Positions 13,864-26,327 of a DNA stretch of 64,000 nt are shown here, in pieces; the first letter of the stretch is position 1; each line of letters starts with the position of its first letter. The notes under the pieces are model-generated. The model saw only the letters and a program-made list of their open reading frames with translations. It had not been told where the DNA came from and searched no databases. The stretch is from Lingula anatina (Eukaryota > Animalia > Brachiopoda): positions 5,828,001 to 5,892,000 of the forward strand of contig CM120645.1 in NCBI GenBank assembly GCA_051362555.1, in the 5' to 3' direction. The position numbers and the translations under genes are program-made.

Positions 13864-16800
13864 TTAGCATCTGTTCACATGAACTGGGGTACATCTGTAT
13901 CTGTGAGCAAGTTTCCAGTGGGTTCTCTGGCAATCTTTGGAGCAGTAGGCCACCTTTCTACACTCTGAGCACTTCCCATACCTCTCCCCTTCCCTGGACG
14001 CCTTGGCACAGTATGCACAGGTGCGAGTCTTGGTCTTGCTCTTGGAGGCCTAAATGGGAACATATTATTAAGAAACATTATTACATTATAACATTAATAA
14101 GAAGGGGCTACCAAATATTAAATATCAACCAATGTTGAAATGTGTTTGTTTGCTATCTATTTTAAGAGTTTTCAAAAACTAATTTCTTCTTCAAAATTCT
14201 ACAATGCAAGTTATGTGTAACGACTTTTACTTTATAACTTATCTATGTATTAATCGTTAGAATTTATTTTTTTTGCAAATTAAGAAATTTAAGAAAAAAC
14301 CAACAGTTTTTTCATATTTTATACCTTCTTCCCAGACTCACTGGTCACTCCTCCCGTGGTCTCTTCAATGGACATCTGCCTCAAGTGCTCTGCCACACCA
14401 CAATCACCTGCTGCATTCCTTCCAGCATCTCCTCCACCACCATGATCAAACAGATTGCTTTCAGAGGCACAACTACCACAATTGCCACCTGGGGTACACC
14501 CACAATGCTTGCTTGCAGCATCACCTTTCTTATCACAATTTGGCCAAAGTTTTTCTCGCACATACTGTTTGGCATTCCCATCTTTAGCAATTCCATTTAA
14601 CTGTGAGTGATCGGTGGGCCTGTCACTTCTTGAGGTAGCGTTGGTTAAATCCACTTCTTTGCCTACTGAGGGCGTCTTCAGTTTGTACGGTAATTTATTA
14701 ATCTTATCATCCTGGTTCAAATTAGTCATAAACTCTCCTTCAATTCCTGCTGAAGTTTCAGACTTTTTGGCACCTTTATTTTTACTCTTCTCCTTTGACA
14801 AATCTCCTGGAGTTTTGACTTTTTCTGTATCAGTTGGATCTTTTGTTTCACTGTGATCAGAGTTCTTGCTCTTGCCTTTCATTTGCCTGGGATATTTTGA
14901 GTTCTTCTTTTCACTAGGTGCTGGATTATAAAAAAAATTGGGCTTTGAATCTCTATCCATGCCAGTGTTCCTTTTCTTATTTTGCTTTTTATTCTCAAGA
15001 TTTGAACTTGTATCTCCACCACATTGTCCTTTCCCATTAGTTTGAAAAGGGTTTCTCTGTCCACTGGAAGTAAAACCAGAGCCTGGGTTAGTCACTGATG
15101 ATGTAGGCAAATACTGATCACCCTTCTTTGATTCTTTGCCACTTTTACTAGGCTTAGGACTGGTTGTCCTTGTCAAGTCTACATCTGGCACTGGTTTTGA
15201 ACCTGTTAATTGGTCTTTCTTAGGCTCAGAACCGTGGAAGGAGGGTTGGTTCCCATTCTTCTGTGTTTTCTGTTTGTTTGCTTCTTCTTTAACTTTGTCA
15301 AAGGGGAAGTTTGCTGAAATGAAAATCATTTGGTGTATAAAATCACATCATTTACCAAAAAGGTTTATTTTTAGAAAAAGTTACTTTATTATTTTTTTTT
15401 CATAAGTAGTTCAATTTCAAATACTCCATCTTAAAAATACTATAATAAATATAAACAAAATAATCAAATTAAGTAAACTGACCAAGGTAAATTGGTGCAA
15501 AATAAATAAATTAACCAACCAACTGAACACATTAAACAAATATAAAAATACTAAAAAAAATCATTACCAAATCTTTGCTGAAATGTTTCTACTTTGGACA
15601 TGAACATTTGTCTCTTCACTTCCCACAGTGGGTCCCTCCTCTCCTTGTCCAGCAGCCTTCTCAGCCTCTGATCAAACTTTTCACGTGCTTCCAATAGGTA
15701 TGCTGAAATTTAAACATTTCATCAAGGACCTCACCTTTTTTAGACCAATTCTCAGAGTGCAAAAGCGTATAAAACATAATTTCCTGATCTGCTAGTGACA
15801 GCTATAGTTCACACAGTAAACTGCACACTAGCTGTGATAGTTGGACATCTAAGCATTTTTAGTGGCCCTCATTTAGACTTCTAAGAACAAATGAGTGCAA
15901 TTTCCCAACAAGAAGCTGTACATATGTTTATCACATCTTCAGTACTTGGTACTGATCATCCAACTTGAAAAGCTATAGAGGAGCAGACAATCTCTTTCAA
16001 GGGGATGTGAGACGAAACACAGATGCCTTAATATTAATTACCTGGCATTGGTGACTTTCGACAGCATCCTGGCCTCTCCAACCTGACAGCATACATGTCT
16101 GGGTTCACAGGGGCACCTGTCTGCTCCAGGAAGTCCACATAGGTGCCTGGATATCAATAACATATAAATGAAGAAATGAACTAATGGCCTGATATATGGA
16201 TAATATAAACAAATAAATATAAAAAAATAAAGGGAAAGAAAAAGCAAAGAAACACTAATATGCACAACTGTGAAATTTCTAAACCAACAGAGTAAAGCCC
16301 AAAAGAATGACAAATTATATCAAACCTGAGAAAATTTCTTCTCAGTGAAATATATATTACACGTACATAGCTGATTTGGAACATTTCAGTTCAATGCTGA
16401 AGACATTTTATTTAGCTGATTCATGATAAACATCGTTTATCATGATGACCTATAACTAGTCACATGAAGAAGTTAATAATTTGATTTAAAAATGTATAGT
16501 CCTTTCCATTTCAGAATTCACAAACAAAAATTTAAAAAGGGCTTGAATTTACCATATCTTACCTGCCAAATCAACATCCACCTTGTCCTCAACATAGGCT
16601 TGAGCCACCTTCAGGTAGGCCTCTTTTCCCTTCACAAGTTTGATGTTATTCACAACTGCAGCATTCTCTGCAGTGTCATGATTATCTTGGAGAACTTTAG
16701 CATGGAACAGTAACAGGAATTCCCGTACTGTCTCGCTGCCGTGGAAACAGTTACCAAGGGGACTGATGTACTCCATGGCACAGGACAGGTTGGAACTCAA

Positions 16801-19408
16801 GAGTGCGTGGAATGCTAAAATCAAAGAACAACCTGTATGTCAGAATATAAGTCTGATCAAAGGGCAGAGGAGGGGGTTGGAACACACTAATTAAGCCCCA
16901 TTTTCAAAGAAATCAAGGTACATATTTTCTTTTTATTGATAACAAAGAGTATCTTATTATTACAAAATGTGTGTTATAAATAAAAGAATTAAAAGAAGCT
17001 CATTAATGTGGACCAGACTCTGACTACAAAAGGCCATAAGCTCTCACCAATTTTGAAAATAATTAAAGATTTTTAAAATTACTTACAGACCAAATAAGGC
17101 TATAGGTTTGATAGTGATCTTAAATGATATCACAAAACATTGTGAAAAACAGATCACTGGATCTGAAGGAAAATACATAAAACTGTAAACAAGCCTTTCC
17201 TAGGAGGGCCATCCTGCCAATAATTTTCAATGATGCAAATTATAGCTGAACTGAAGGCACCAATATAGTAGTCTTGATGAGGCATTTTCACCTACCTGCA
17301 CCATTTTCCATATAATGCACTAATACATAGCCTATGAAGCTGGCAAAGTGTATACCAAACTTATCATCCGACAGCCAGTACTTGAACATAGGGACAAGCT
17401 AAAACAATACACAGGATGATGTACAAAGAAAACACTTTTAACAAAACAGAGCAGTTTTTACTCTTAAAATGTGGTACTGTGTCTCCATTGCAAGTGCATT
17501 TAGGCAATGGCAAGTGTTTTAACAGTCTTGTGTTCAAACATGCTCTCTTAATTCTTTCTTTTAGCCTAAACTGTTGCTCACCTTTTGCAAAGAGAGAGAG
17601 AGATTCTTGCTATGAAATTTGCATTAGCACTCACCATCTCAGCAAGAGGGTTGTCGTCTGGCAGTTGTGTTGAGTATATGATGAATGTTACAATTTTGCT
17701 GTTTTGGCAGAGGTCCAGGTATGGAATTAAAGCATGGAATCCACGAATACATTTCCAGTCTTCACCACCATTCTCCACCTCAGCATCCACCAGGTCAGCT
17801 AACACATTCACCATCACCTGGAAGTATAACACCTAACACATTCACCATCACCTGGAAGTAAAACACCTAACACATTCACCATCACCTGCAAGTATAACAC
17901 CTAACACATTCACCATCACCTGGAAGTATAACACCTAACACATTCACCATCACCTGGACGTATAACACCTAACACATTCACCATCACCTGGAAGTATAAC
18001 ACCTAACACATTCACCATCACCTGGACGTATAACACCTAACACATTCACCATCACCTGCAAGTATAACACCTAACACATTCACCATCACCTGCATGTATA
18101 ACACCTGACACATTCACCATCAGTTGGAAGTATAACACCTAACACATTCACCATCACCTGAAAGTACAACACCTAACACATTCACCATCACCTGGAAGTA
18201 TAACACCTAACACATTCACCATCACCTGGAAGTATAACACCTGACACATTCACCATCACCTGGAAGTATAACACCTAACACATTCACCATCACCTGGAAG
18301 TATATCACCTAACACATTCACCATCACCTGGAAGTATAACACCTGACACATTCACCATCACCTGGAAGAATAGCACCTGACATATCCATAATCACCTTTA
18401 AGTATACTACATCTATAAGCAGATAAGCACCTTGGTGGAAACCACTCATTCATTATTAAATGTATAACAAAATTACCTTCATGTCCTCTTCCCCTGCCTC
18501 TCTGGCTCCCAGCAGGTGTTTGGGTTGGAACACATCTTTATACCCCTTCCTCAGGTATTCAATGAAGCTCTCTCTCTGCTTTAGAACTGTTGCATCCAAT
18601 GTTTTCAGCTCCTCTCGGTTCAGGGTCTCAAATTCTCTGCATGGACACTTTGGGTTGTGACATTCTCTACAGTACCTGAAATGAAAAAAATATACATGTG
18701 ATGATGTGGGTGGTTTTAGTCAAAATCTGATATAATTATTACAACTATAAACATTAGAAAGTTCATTTCAGGATATCCTTTCCTGTACCAACTACTGGAT
18801 GGTCACGAAAGATGGCTCTGTATCTGTGGAGTGATTAACCATTCATTCAAAATGAGTTAGTGCGCACTAGCCCATGCACACTTACTCCATTAGGACTCTT
18901 GCTGAATGCAATCAGATTAACAGATTTAGATGCCTCCTCTTGTTCCCAACATACTTGCTATAATCACCAGCTTCTTTGAATTCTACGTAATGCCAGGGAT
19001 TAAGGGGCATGTCGGTCTCTTAATCTGATTTCATGAAGTTGGTGCACACTAACTCATTCTGAAAGGCCCCCAAGTTACTGAGTGATCTACAAACACATGG
19101 TAACAGATCCAAAATGTTCTGGGTCAGGCACTCCCGTAAGCCAGAAGGAAATTCTTCTAGAATAATTCCAAAACTAGTCAAAATGTTACCAAAGTTTACC
19201 TTTCATCTGCTTGGCATTGCTTATTGTTGTTATTACGCCTGATGTAGATCTGTTTGTGAGAGAAAGGCATGGCATGTTGGGGGCGCACTCTCATCATCTT
19301 CACAGCATCCTCCAAGTGAATTCTGGTTAGTGTGGCCTTAAAGTGAGCAAGCAAGCTCTCCCTGTCCAGCTTTCTCTTTGCTGCACTACCTTTTGATCTT
19401 TTTGGCAT
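13864..19408 (-). CDS. Uncharacterised ~792-aa protein with C-terminal MYND-type zinc finger (9 coding exons)
   Basis: Exons 19408-19200, 18675-18477, 17817-17635, 17398-17296, 16832-16563, 16146-16042, 15702-15568, 15313-14325, 14049-13864. All are GT-AG with compatible phases and total 2379 nt. The last exon reads CAYCAKASREGERYGKCSECRKVAYCSKDCQRTHWKLAHRYRC, matching the zf-MYND pattern (CxxC...CxxC...YCSxxCQxxHWxxxHxxxC). Exon 8 is low-complexity and K/S/G-rich. The start codon is inferred; a likely non-coding first exon has a donor near 20685. Confidence 0.8.
17801..18378. repeat. 34-bp minisatellite, 17 copies, whose unit spans an intron/exon boundary
   Basis: The unit AACACATTCACCATCACCTGGAAGTATAACACCT repeats every 34 bp from 17801 to 18345, with one degenerate copy to ~18414. 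Confidence 0.97.
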
Positions 19409-20685
19409 CTTGGGAAGTTTCTGAAACAGCAGGCATCTACAGAGTAAAAAAAGTTTTGACAAGAGCTTTTTTATATTCCCTAATTGGTATCTGAAAACCT
19501 TTTTTATATCAAATTATAGGGCCAATTCCCAATGAAACTATTGACCTACATAGATCAATCCATCTCCAAGGGGATCCTTACTGAATGCAATTGGATTCAC
19601 ACATAAACACGCCTCCTCATGCTCCCCATATACTCTTTTTATCACCAACTTTTCTGTATTCTACTCAACACCAGGAGGAAGCATGTTATTTAAAATTAAT
19701 TTAAAAATCATATGGGGGAACATACTGAAAATGCGTGATAATATATTTTTCCTTTTTCCTTCAATGTTACAAAGCAGTCAAATTCAAGGAAGAGAGCTAA
19801 GAAAAATAATAATACTGCAGGGTACATGAGAGAGAAAGGTGGAGGGAGCTAGGGAGAGAGGAGAGACCTTTTCTTATTAAAAAAAAAACAACAAAAAAAC
19901 AATAAAACTTAAAAAAAAAGCTCATTAAAGAGATATATGGTTCAGAGAGATGGAAAATTGCTAAATCATTAACTAAAAAGTTGGTATTTCAGTCTGTTCT
20001 TTCACCCTTCCCCCAAAAAAAATTATTTAATTCATTCAAAACCTGTGTCTTTTAATTTGGCTCAATAATTTTTTTCTTTTTTAATGCACTAAAAACATGG
20101 AAATGGGACACACATGTTCCACATCAAGAAAAATCACCTCTGTTTTGGTACAATTAATCTTCTTCCATAAACAAATAAAATGGACTTGTTTTCACTTTGA
20201 TGTTGGTGAAGTAATCTCTTTATCTCTGGTTGGAGACTGGCAGTCATGGTCCACTGACTGTTAGTAAATCAGTCCCAGATGTTACATAACACAATCTTTT
20301 GGGTATTCAGATTTCACAAGCACATTTCAGGTTAGAAAACCTTTCTCTTGGATCAACAACTTCCTAACAAAGGACAAACCTTCTCAGTAGTTTTTTTAAG
20401 CAAAATTTACTTGAAGCGGGACTGAGGTAGTTGGGGAATTGGTCAAGAAGGTACGTCAACATAAGCCGAAATCTCGTCTCATATTACTCAAGATGAAACG
20501 TGCAACCAACAAGTAGCTCTGTATCACCAAGTTTATTTTTCAATGGCCACGTCGGAACCTCCAAGACCAAAAAAGAAGCGCAAGTTATTCTCTTGTTGCA
20601 AAAACCTCAACACCAAAACTGTGTGTAATTTAGTTCTTATCTGAATCTGATACAACTTGATAACTTTATAAGTCGATGACCTTAC

Positions 20686-20768
20686 AATTTACATTGTTGC
20701 TTTCTGAACTCGTAGCTTCGATAACATTTGGTGTTTCACACACGAATCGCACCCGACACTAAGTTCAC

Positions 20769-20808
<40 letters not shown>

Positions 20809-21137
20809 CTAGGTCGCCAACTGTTCATACTTGTAAACAAGCTCCGCAGCTTGTTTGTATTTAAATAAAAAGACCATCTTACAAATATCAGTTGCCTTTA
20901 CTCAGATTTTACCCTGTTTCTCGTCTTTTCCCAATCTTCTGACAGATATCCACCCAACAGTCACGGTTCGTCTGCAAGCATGTGGTTCGTCATAAAACTA
21001 GCGGGAGGACAACCAAAGTCACATGACAAAACACCAAGTCATGTGACCAGCCTTAGGTGTCAAAATGGCTGCTTCCGTTTGATCGTGTCACACGCTTTCG
21101 TTTTGCTTCCTGGTCAGGCGTGTATTTATCAGCCACA
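20686..21137. promoter_or_regulatory. Putative bidirectional promoter (MYND gene / PPM1H)
   Basis: CpG-retaining region between divergent genes, with E-boxes GTCACATGAC (~21018) and GTCATGTGAC (~21038), YY1-like CAAAATGGCT (21061) and (TA)n at ~20775-20806. Confidence 0.55.
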
Positions 21138-24100
21138 ATGCTAAATCGGTTTAAAAGCGTGGTGGAGAATGTGATGGGTGGCATTCAGTCCATACCTCAC
21201 AATACAGAGAAGGCGGGGAACCCAGAAAGTTTGGAAATTAAGTACGCGTACGCTCGACCGGACTTTCTTCAACTAACACACGAAGAGGTACACGTATCAG
21301 CGGATCATGCTTCGCGACCTATATTGGTGCCTAGGAGTATTGAGCGCCTTCCTTGGAACGCAGGATATGCAGAGTAAGTCCACTCAATATTCACCTCACG
21401 AAAGGACAAGGGGAAGAGAATGTAATAGATGCCTTTTCTTCTTCACTTACGTGGTTTTGAATGTTTATTTACTTTCTTTTTGTTTTGTTACATCTTATCA
21501 CAAGCAGTGTACCTCTTAGCATTATGTATATTCGTGATTTGGGGTTAATGTATCACACAATAAGTTGGTTTCTGATGTGTGATCTTGGTTAACTTTTATT
21601 TAATTGTGTGTTTGTAGGCTCTCTGATTCAAAATGTGGGTCCATTTTTAAAATACATTTTTAGCAATTTCAAAATATTAAAATATTCGCAGTTTTTCTTA
21701 AAATATTAAAAAAATATAAAAAAGAAAAAGTTAAGATTTTGAAGTATTTGGTGATCTTATAAATGGAATGATAGATTTTTCTCAAGTGATGTGTTTGAAG
21801 TAAAAGTAGAAGTATGTTACGAAAACACTTCCTTATATAGTAAAGCCTCAATATACCAGGATCTAACCCAGCTTCATGTTTCTCAGTGTATACTTCACTT
21901 TTCCTATTTTTTCCATTGCAAACTCAATAGAAATTCAATTTCATTTAAATTTCAAATATACAATGTTTTAAAGAAAGCCTTCAGTATGATAATCTGATAA
22001 GGGCCTTGTCACTATCTTCCTTCCCTCTGTGACATACTGGTACTAATATTTTAATCATGATAAAACTTTTTGCCAGAAAAAACTTTCAGATTTCCTTAGT
22101 TTGTATTATTGATTATTTTAGATGAAGTGCAATTGTTTACAAATGTTGCTTTGTTTTGGCATTGGAGATAAAAACAGGAAAAGATTTATGGAATAAACAA
22201 GAGGTTACACAAGGGAAAATGGATCGTAATTGTTTTATTCTTATCTTTACCCTGGGGCTGTCCCTGATTTATTACTTCTCTGGAATATTATTACATATTA
22301 TAACATTTTGCACATGAGTATAACAGGGTACAGTGAATGACACTCTATATGAAAACCAAATCTACTTAAAAATCCACCATATAGTCCTTTCTTCTCCATA
22401 ATTGATGACAGTGAGTTTATATTTAATAACATTTACTTTGCACCAATTTTCACTTGAAAATATTGTAACAAACCTGTCGCTAGACTTGGATTGTCATATG
22501 AAGTAAACACAATGCATGCTCTATATTCATTTGGTCTATACCCAGTATACATAAGGTTCAAGGTTTGCCTTGCGCATTTTGTCATTTTGGAAAATGTCTT
22601 TTAAGACAGAATAAATATGTTAGATTTAAAAAAAAGTCAAGGATCTTCAGTATTGTGCTGAAGAGGGCCAGTAATCTCATGTACATGTATGAGCTACAGA
22701 AGTACAGCAGACTGTTCTTACAATGTTGAGTAGATTTTATCATTGATCTATTCTAAATCCCATAGCAACTCGCAGTGAGGAAATTATATAACAGAACATT
22801 CTACTTAACACAAATTGTAATGTTCAGCTACTCCTTACAGCCCAAAGGTTTTTCAACTATTGGAACTATTATAGTACAGTACTTATTATACTCAACATCA
22901 CAGCTGGATTATTGTACCACCAGCGTTAGCGCTGGCGGTACACATGGTTTCGGTCCCGTCCGGATCGTTCCGCCGGCTCCGCCGGCTCCGCCGGCTCCGC
23001 CGGCTCCGTTGGCTCCGCCGGACGGCTACCGTTACCGCTTCTCCTCCTAGACGGTCAGGGCCCCCGTACCCATCTCATGGATTTAGGTCACCTATAATCT
23101 CAACTCGTTCCACGTAAAATTTGGGCTTTGTCGGTATTGGGGTCTGGGTGTGGCACTCATTACAATGCACCCTTGTCTAAAAATGGCAAAATTAAATGCT
23201 AATTATCTACCCTACGGAAGGAGTTATGGGAAAAATTTCTATAGACGGCTTTCCAAAAGTCATATGTGTAGATTTCAAATATACCCTTGGATTTGACCTT
23301 TGACCTTTACTTCAAGGTCAAATGGGCCAAAATTTTCAAAAAAATGAAATTTTTTACGAAAAAAATTTTTTTTGCCCTGTTATTCAGACACCACACAGAC
23401 TTAACCAATAATATTATTGGAAGGTGTTACCCTTCAGGTCATCTTTCATCTCCATGAATTTGGGGTCAATCGGTGCATTTTCACGGGAGTAGCGGCCATA
23501 AGATACCGAAACTGAAAACTGTCTCTAATTCGGGAACCGTTAATGCTAGAGACCCATTCTTTTTTGCATTTTGTAGAGCATGTAAAGCCCAACACTGGAG
23601 GTGGTCTCGGTTTTTTTGTATTCCATACGGTTTTCGAGTTACGCTGTATCAAAAAGTACATATTGGTGGTAAAAGCAAAATGTGCAGTACGGTAATGGAT
23701 AATAAATTTTGAACTCTGGAAAAATAAAACATAAGGCTTGGCAAAGCAGACAACTTGTGTTCAAAAATGACATTATTTCATCAAATTTGAACTTCTGAAA
23801 CTTCAGAGCACCTCCTATTTCAAGAATTTTGACCAAAATGACATTTTCTTTATTTTAATTAATTTTTTCTGTACGAAATTTAAGGCACATTATGGTAACT
23901 CCAAAATTATAACATTTAGTCCCTTATATCTCCAAAACTGGCAGAGATAGGTCCATAGTTACTATTGAAGTTGAATAGGAAGTCATATACTGGCAATCTT
24001 ACTATGACCTTGAAAGTGACCTTTGACCTACTTTTCACCATGAACTGAACTTTGCAAATTTTTCTTCCCTTTTATCTCCAAAACTGGCAGAGATAGGTCC

Positions 24101-26284
24101 ATAGTTACTATTAAAGTTGAATAGGAAGTCATATACTGGCAATCTTACTATGACCTTGAAAGTGACCTTTGACCTACTTTTCACCATGAACTGAACTTTG
24201 CAAATTTTTCTTCCCTTTTATCTCCAAAACTGGCTGACATAGGTCCATAGTTACTATTGAAGTTGAATAGGAAGTCATATACTGGCAATCTTACTATGAC
24301 CTTGAAAGTGACCTTTGACCTACTTTTCACCATGAACTGAACTTTGCAAAATTTGCTTCCCTTTTATCTCCAAAACTGGCAGAGATAGGTCCATAGTTAC
24401 TATTAAAGTTGAATAGGAAGTCATATACTGGCAATCTTACTATGACCTTGAAAGTGACCTTTGACCTACTTTTCACCATGAACTGAACTTTGCAAATTTT
24501 TCTTCCCTTTTATCTCCAAAACTGGCTGAGATAGGTCCATAGTTACTATTGAACTTGAATAGGAAGTCATATACTGGCAATCTAAATGTGACCTTAAAAT
24601 TGACCTTTGACCTACTTTTCACCATAAACTGAATTTTGCAAAATTTGCTTCCCTTTTATCTCCAAAACTGGCAGAGATAGGTCCATAGTTACTATTGAAC
24701 TTGAATAGGAAGTCATATACTGGCAATCAAAATGTCAAAATGTGACCTTAAAATTGACCTTTGACCTACTTTACACCATGAACTGAATTTTGCAAATTTT
24801 GCTTTCCTTTTATCTCCAAAACTGGCAGAGATAGGTCCATAGTTACTATTGAACTTGAATAGGAAGTCATATACTGGCAATCTAAATGTGACCTTAAAAT
24901 TGACCTTTGACCTACTTTACACCATGAACTGAATTTTGCAAATTTTGCTTTCCTTTTATCTCCAAAACTGGCTGAGATAGGTCCGTAGTTACTATTGAAC
25001 TTGAATAGGAAGTCATATACTGGCAATCTAAATGTGACCTTGAAATTGACCTTTGACCTACTTTTCACCATGAACTGAACTTTGCAAATTTTGCTTTCCT
25101 TTTATCTCCAAAACTGGCAGAGATAGGTCCATAGTTACTATTGAACTTGAAAAGGAAGTCATATACTGGCAATCCAAATGTGACCTTAAAATTGACCTTT
25201 GACCTACTTTACACCATAAACTGAATTTTGCAAATTTTGCTTTCCTTTTATCTCCAAAACTGGCTGAGATAGGTCCGTAGTTACTATTGAACTTGAATAG
25301 GAAGTCATATACTGGCATTATAAATGTGACATTAAAATTGACCTTTGTCCTACTTTTCACCATAAACTGAACTTTGCAAATTTTGCTTCCCTTTTATCTC
25401 CAAAACTGGCAGAGATAGGTCCATAGTTACTATTGAACTTGAATAGAAAGTCATATACTGGCAATCTAAATGTGACCTTGAAATTGACCTTTGACCTACT
25501 TTTTATCATGAACTGAACTCTGCTAATTTCTTTCTCTTTTAACTTCAAACTTGACAGAGATAGGTCCATAAATACTCTTGAACTTGAATAGGAAGTCATA
25601 TACTGGCAATTTACTGTGACCTTGAAATTGACCCTTGACCTACCTTACGAAGAACTTAAATTTGATTGTACCATATATATTTTTTGCAATAGTTTAAAAA
25701 TTCTTGTTGATTGCATTTTTACAGCTTGTCAAGCACAAAACTGGTGGCTGTGTCCCTTATTTTGTGTATGTGGGGGTCTATACGAATGCGCTTGCTCCAG
25801 CTGGTGGTACAATATTCGGAGGCGGTATCGCCTCTCTGATCCTCTAGTTTTCTTCTTAGATTATCCAGAGGCATAGTGCATACACTGTGCATACTTAAAA
25901 GTGAAGGATGTTTCTACTGCTGCTGAAAAAAATGCATGAAAAAGAATCTAATACCTCTTCAGTGTAGGTCAAGTTGTTTTCCTATGAATGTGTCTTTTGA
26001 GATTGGAATTTGATAGAGTATCTAAAGGCAGTGAAGTAATAAGACTTGTTGAGGATACCATGTAAGTTTTATTTATTTATTGTATTTCAGGCCAAAATCC
26101 AGAGTTTGGAAATTATTCACAAAATTCAAACAAAATTGATAACTTACAGTATTTATCCCAAAGCAATGTTTGCTAGTTATATCATTCTAAAAAAGATTAT
26201 TTGAAAGTTTGAAAAGTGGATGAAGGACGTGTTCCAAATATTTGCATGTGAGCAACTGATCATGAACTAATATATCTTGTAAAG

Positions 26285-26327
<43 letters not shown>

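Noticed and set aside
17582-17634. Apparent frameshift in the MYND gene at a (CT)6 run if the donor at 17582 (AAG|GTGAGC) is used
   Set aside because: A consensus donor ATG|GTGAGT at 17635 restores the phase with the next exon, so no pseudogene or slippage needs to be invoked.
17801-18378. 34-bp repeat array resembling a CRISPR array in unit length
   Set aside because: Units are head-to-tail with no unique spacers, the context is eukaryotic and no cas genes are present.
22775-23050. Proline-rich ORF (PPAPPAPPA)
   Set aside because: It is a translation of the (CCGGCTCCG)n microsatellite in the Helentron-like element.
24766-25599. Repeated ~101-aa ORFs (MVKSRSKVNFKVTF...)
   Set aside because: They are by-products of the 146-bp satellite, with no splice or domain support.
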